DNA of 64,000 bases, taken from the NCBI GenBank assembly GCA_965217895.1, contig CBDCJV010000002.1, positions 192,001-256,000 of the forward strand, read 5' to 3'. Origin of the DNA: Waterburya sp. (GTDB lineage: Bacteria; Cyanobacteriota; Cyanobacteriia; Cyanobacteriales; Xenococcaceae). The position numbers and the translations under genes are program-made. The first letter of the stretch is position 1. Each line of letters starts with the position of its first letter. The notes under the pieces were generated by a model that worked only from the letters and a program-made list of their open reading frames with translations, was not told where the DNA came from and did not search any database. This document shows positions 60,265 through 64,000 of this stretch, piece after piece.

Positions 60265-60437
60265 GGTAATGATTGTAATGCGTCTAATATAAATACTAAT
60301 CTAAATACTAAAAATTCCTGACTGAACCTTTGATAGAGTTTAGGAAAGTCAGGAAATAATTTATTAGTCTAATACACGTTTTAATGCGAATTAAAAAATG
60401 ATCGACCTTTGCTTGCAGTTTCTAAAAGCTAATAGTT

Positions 60438-60493
60438 AAGCAGTTGCGTTGCAGAGGTTTCCTCCGTTGAGCAAGCTGCTGAACTCAAAGGGT
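60438..60493 (-). repeat. G(A/G)GTTCA..TTGCTCAACGG..GCAACTG hairpin repeat
   Basis: Reverse complement matches 25214-25274. Confidence 0.65.
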
Positions 60494-60509
60494 TAACAGC
60501 TAAAAAATA

Positions 60510-60851
60510 TTAGTTTTTCAAGTTATCAAAGAAGTTGGCTGCTTTTTCTTTTACTGTCTCTGCATCAGGATTACTAGGATTGCTCATTTTATCAGCATCT
60601 GCTGCACCCTGGACGGCATTTGTTCCCTGTTGCGCTTTTTCGGTTATTTCGTTAATTCCTCTAGGATTAGAACGAGCTACATCATCAGTTTCTTTCTGGA
60701 TTTCGTTTAAGTTAGCTTCTCCATCGGTAGTCTTGCTAGTTGCTGCATTAGCAGAATAAGCACTAGAAATAAACAGCATTCCACAGACTACAACTGTCAA
60801 TATCAAACGAATAGAAGTCTTTAACCAGTTGTTCAACTTATTAAATAACAT
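60510..60851 (-). CDS. Secreted stress protein (low-temperature-induced-protein-like)
   Basis: Signal peptide ending ANA, GEANLNEIQ and G.NAVQGAADADKM. Confidence 0.65.
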   Translation of the reverse strand: MLFNKLNNWLKTSIRLILTVVVCGMLFISSAYSANAATSKTTDGEANLNEIQKETDDVARSNPRGINEITEKAQQGTNAVQGAADADKMSNPSNPDAETVKEKAANFFDNLKN

Positions 60852-61251
60852 AAGTTTTCCTCAATAATTTTTTATTACCTAACATTAATAGCAATTACCA
60901 TCAGATAATCACATCCGACTTTAGACATATATATTTGCTCATATAGGGAAAAAAGCTATGGATATACATGAATAATTAATGATTGTTAATTATTTAATTA
61001 ATCTATAAGCGTTATTTATAACAGGTTAAAAGTCTATCTAAATAGACTTTTATTTTATTTATATTTTAGAAGCATAATATCACCCATGTATCAAAGGTGT
61101 TGTAAAGAAACTTAAATATTACATCCTTTGATAGAAGAAACATAAATTTTGAGGAGCTAACTTTAATCGCATATAGATAGAGCAATCAAAATTTCGAGAT
61201 ATTTCTTCAGCCAACTACAACTAAATAGACTGTTATTCTGTTTGGAGACTT

Positions 61252-61455
61252 TTGATCGTGGATGCAAACATACCGAACTTTCAACTCAATTTAGAGCTAA
61301 GCATTGAACAAAAATTTAAGATGCGGATTTTTCAAGAGTCAGTTAAAACTATGAATCCTGAAGATGCTCGCTCTTTGTTACTGGAAGCTTCTCAACTGCT
61401 GATGGTTAAGGATAATATTATTAGAGGATTAATGAAACAAACTATTATTGAATAA
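61252..61455 (+). CDS. nblA: NblA/Ycf18-family phycobilisome degradation protein
   Basis: LSIEQKF..V..M..E.A...L.....LLMVKDN....LMK pattern. Confidence 0.8.
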   Translation: MIVDANIPNFQLNLELSIEQKFKMRIFQESVKTMNPEDARSLLLEASQLLMVKDNIIRGLMKQTIIE

Positions 61456-61464
61456 TATTATTTT

Positions 61465-62391
61465 ATGCTAGATAGAGCCTTCAAATTTAAATACCTTAAA
61501 GTATGGCGTAAGCGAAGCTCAACGAAGTTATCGCTCTGGGTAGATATATTTTCATCAGTCTTTTTTGCTTTAGGTATAGTTAATATTGCCCAATCACCTG
61601 CTTTTGCTTCCCCTGACTATAAGCTTGAAAAGCAACCAATCACCGTCGCGATCGATTTTCTTGACGTTTTTAAGGGTGCGGTTGATTATATTCAAGTAGC
61701 CAATATTTCAGATGAACAAGAAGTCGAAATTGGCAAACAGACTAATGCTCAAGTGTTAAACCAATACCAGCTATATGACAATCCTCAAGTTCAGCAGTAT
61801 GTTAGTGATTTAGGGCATGAGTTAGTAGACAACAGTAATAGTAGAAATATTCCCTTCAATTTTCAAGTAGTCGCTAGTGATGAGGTAAACGCTTTTGCTA
61901 TACCTGGAGGATATGTATATGTCACTACTGGCTTACTGAAAACAGCCGAAGATAGAGCGCAGCTAGCATCGGTAATGTCTCACGAAATTGCTCATGTTAA
62001 TGAAAGACACGGCATTAAAGGCTTAAAACAAGCAGTTGCTGCTAAAGGTATCGCCACAGCAGCAGGAGTAGATACTCAAACCTTGGCTCAAATTGCTTAT
62101 AAAGTAGCGATAGATTTGCCACAGGGACGTTCTTTTGAATACGAAGCAGACAGCAAGGGTCTAACTATATTAGAACAGGCTGGCTATCCAGCAGAAGCCT
62201 TTGCTGAGTTTTTGGCTAAGTTAAAAGGAGGTGGTGGCACACCTCAATTTTTAAGTACTCACCCTAGTAGCAAAAATCGTATTGAGGCTATTAGACAAAA
62301 AACCCAAGCCGACCAAGCCGCTAGTAATGCCACCAGTAATAAAGGTCAGGATAAAACCGAATATCAAAACAACGTTTTATCTTTGATGTAG
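61465..62391 (+). CDS. M48-family metallopeptidase
   Basis: VNAFAIPGGYVYV, HEIAH, EYEAD and STHP. Confidence 0.92.
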   Translation: MLDRAFKFKYLKVWRKRSSTKLSLWVDIFSSVFFALGIVNIAQSPAFASPDYKLEKQPITVAIDFLDVFKGAVDYIQVANISDEQEVEIGKQTNAQVLNQYQLYDNPQVQQYVSDLGHELVDNSNSRNIPFNFQVVASDEVNAFAIPGGYVYVTTGLLKTAEDRAQLASVMSHEIAHVNERHGIKGLKQAVAAKGIATAAGVDTQTLAQIAYKVAIDLPQGRSFEYEADSKGLTILEQAGYPAEAFAEFLAKLKGGGGTPQFLSTHPSSKNRIEAIRQKTQADQAASNATSNKGQDKTEYQNNVLSLM

Positions 62392-62475
62392 CTTGGGCAA
62401 AAATCTATCAATAGCTAGAGCGTATTTTTCTCTATATGGTTTTTAATGTTGGTAAGAATTTAATTTTAAGAAACT

Positions 62476-62766
62476 ATGAGTAATCAAGAACACGAAGAAG
62501 TATATCGTGAAAGCAATAGCGATGAGGGTCGCCGTACCGCCAATAAAGGTGATGTGGTTGATGAATCAAAATCCTTAGAAGAAAAAAAGGATCAGGTTGC
62601 TGTAGATACTTGGGATCCTGCTGGTCATGTTAAAGTTCCTACCTATTTTCCTGTAGAAAATGAGGAAGGAGAAGAAGAAGCACTACATCACGTTAAAGAT
62701 GCCGAAGAAATTTCTGATGTAATTCGCCAAGCTAGAGTTGATGAAGATGGCGATCGCAAATGGTAA
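62476..62766 (+). CDS. Acidic hypothetical protein
   Basis: 96-aa D/E-rich ORF containing VPTYF..LHHVKDAEEISDVIRQAR. Confidence 0.75.
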   Translation: MSNQEHEEVYRESNSDEGRRTANKGDVVDESKSLEEKKDQVAVDTWDPAGHVKVPTYFPVENEEGEEEALHHVKDAEEISDVIRQARVDEDGDRKW

Positions 62767-63080
62767 TAAATTTCAACCTTTTGACTTAGATTGAGCTTAA
62801 CGGATAGTGAACTTTGAGTAGAAATTTTTAATTACATCTGCTGTGCTTTTTCTGTGAGGTGCAGCTTTTTTAATTTAAAACTAAGCTCGAAAAACGATGG
62901 TGTAATGCTCACTAAAAATGTATATCCAAAGAAAGATGTCGCCTTCTCATAGCAATTATAAGCTTAAGATCATACCATTGAACATCAAACATTAGTGGTA
63001 TAAAAAAATACAGAATTAAATTAATTCTTCAAAAACTAAATTACCGATAAATCTCTAATAAATATTAACTAGGAGTTCTT

Positions 63081-63461
63081 ATGAATTTAACAAAATTAGC
63101 CACTGCTACTATTATTAGTCTTAGTCTTGCTTTGCCTACTGGAGCAGCATTAGCTCAAGATAAAAATGGAACTGTTGACCAAAACCTAAACCAAGCTGGA
63201 CAAAACGCCGATAATGCTGGAGAAAATCTTAAAGATGCAGGCGGTGCTTTGGGCAAAGGTGTTAAAAATACTGGTCAAGCAGCAGGACAAGGTTTAGAAA
63301 ATGCTGGAAATGCCATTGAAGAAAAATCTAACTGGGGCTGGTTAGGCTTACTTGGTCTGATTGGTTTATTTGGTCTAGCTGGCGGCAAGAAAAATACTGT
63401 AGTCGAGCGTCGCGATGATTTAGGATTAAACGATCCCACTACTACTACTAGATATCGTTAA
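63081..63461 (+). CDS. WGxxGxxG-CTERM protein
   Basis: Signal peptide, helical repeats and NWGWLGLLGLIGLFGLAG; AGGAG RBS. Confidence 0.88.
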   Translation: MNLTKLATATIISLSLALPTGAALAQDKNGTVDQNLNQAGQNADNAGENLKDAGGALGKGVKNTGQAAGQGLENAGNAIEEKSNWGWLGLLGLIGLFGLAGGKKNTVVERRDDLGLNDPTTTTRYR

Positions 63462-63525
63462 ACAGAAGTTAGTTATATTGCTGTAAATTAACAGCAAATT
63501 AAATATAGCTTGAACAAATAGTATT

Positions 63526-63554
63526 GAGGAAGAGCAAACTCTTCCTCTTTTTTT
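63526..63554 (+). terminator. Rho-independent terminator
   Basis: GAGGAAGAG-CAAA-CTCTTCCTC followed by T7. Confidence 0.75.
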
Positions 63555-63642
63555 ATGTAGCACTATCAACTATCTTTAGATAGATACCGACAATACCAAA
63601 AAAAACTAGTCTAAGAGTTGAGAAGTAAATTTTAGGAAAGCA

Positions 63643-64000
63643 ATGGAAACATTTGCGCGTTTTGGTTATGCAGCAAAAGGATTTGTCTATGGAGCAATTG
63701 GTATTCTAGCCTTGATGGCAGCTTTTGATATTGGTGGAGGTGATGCTACTGATACTACGGGAGCTTTACAGGCGATCGCCCAACAGCCTTTTGGTAAAAT
63801 TTTGTTAGGGTTAATCGCCATTGGTTTAGTAGGATATGTTATTTGGCGATTTATCCAGGCTATTAAAGATCCTCGAAATAAAGGCTCTGATCTAAAAGGC
63901 ATATTTACTCGACTCGGCTACATTTTGAGCGGGATTGCTTATGCAGGTGTTGCAGCAAATGCAGCCTCATTAGCTATAGGCTCAAGCAGTGGTGGCGGTG
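63643..64000 (+). CDS. DUF1206-family membrane protein (partial; runs off the window)
   Basis: ATG 63643: METFARFGYAAKGFVYGAIG..GALQAIAQQPFGKILL..GYVIWRF. Confidence 0.85.
   Translation, partial: METFARFGYAAKGFVYGAIGILALMAAFDIGGGDATDTTGALQAIAQQPFGKILLGLIAIGLVGYVIWRFIQAIKDPRNKGSDLKGIFTRLGYILSGIAYAGVAANAASLAIGSSSGGG

Noticed and set aside
1..64000. High density of GCGATCGC
   Set aside because: This is the well-known cyanobacterial HIP1 octamer; it is informative for taxonomy but not novel.

Overview
AT-rich cyanobacterial chromosomal segment with very frequent HIP1 octamers (GCGATCGC). It carries housekeeping genes (serS, dcd, thyX, rnc, ribD, probable 6S RNA), a small polysaccharide cluster, vapBC, an OrrA-like two-component cluster, an AAA_35/WD40 pair and a long run of general-stress genes. 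Four observations stand out. (1) thyX is split by an 876-nt group I intron (6639-7514) with recognisable P1-P9 pairings, and the intron encodes an HNH endonuclease whose ORF runs through the ribozyme core. (2) A family of 48-bp hairpin micro-elements flanked by TCA repeats is conserved in structure rather than sequence and is inserted in frame in a porin and two transposases, alongside related 21-48-bp inserts and nested MITEs. (3) A palindrome TCTATC-N4-GATAGA lies 22-23 nt upstream of a TAN3T box in front of about 15 stress genes. (4) Three consecutive genes are each preceded by the same 3'-end remnant of a solute-binding-protein gene. All family assignments come from motif recognition by eye; no database searches were run.
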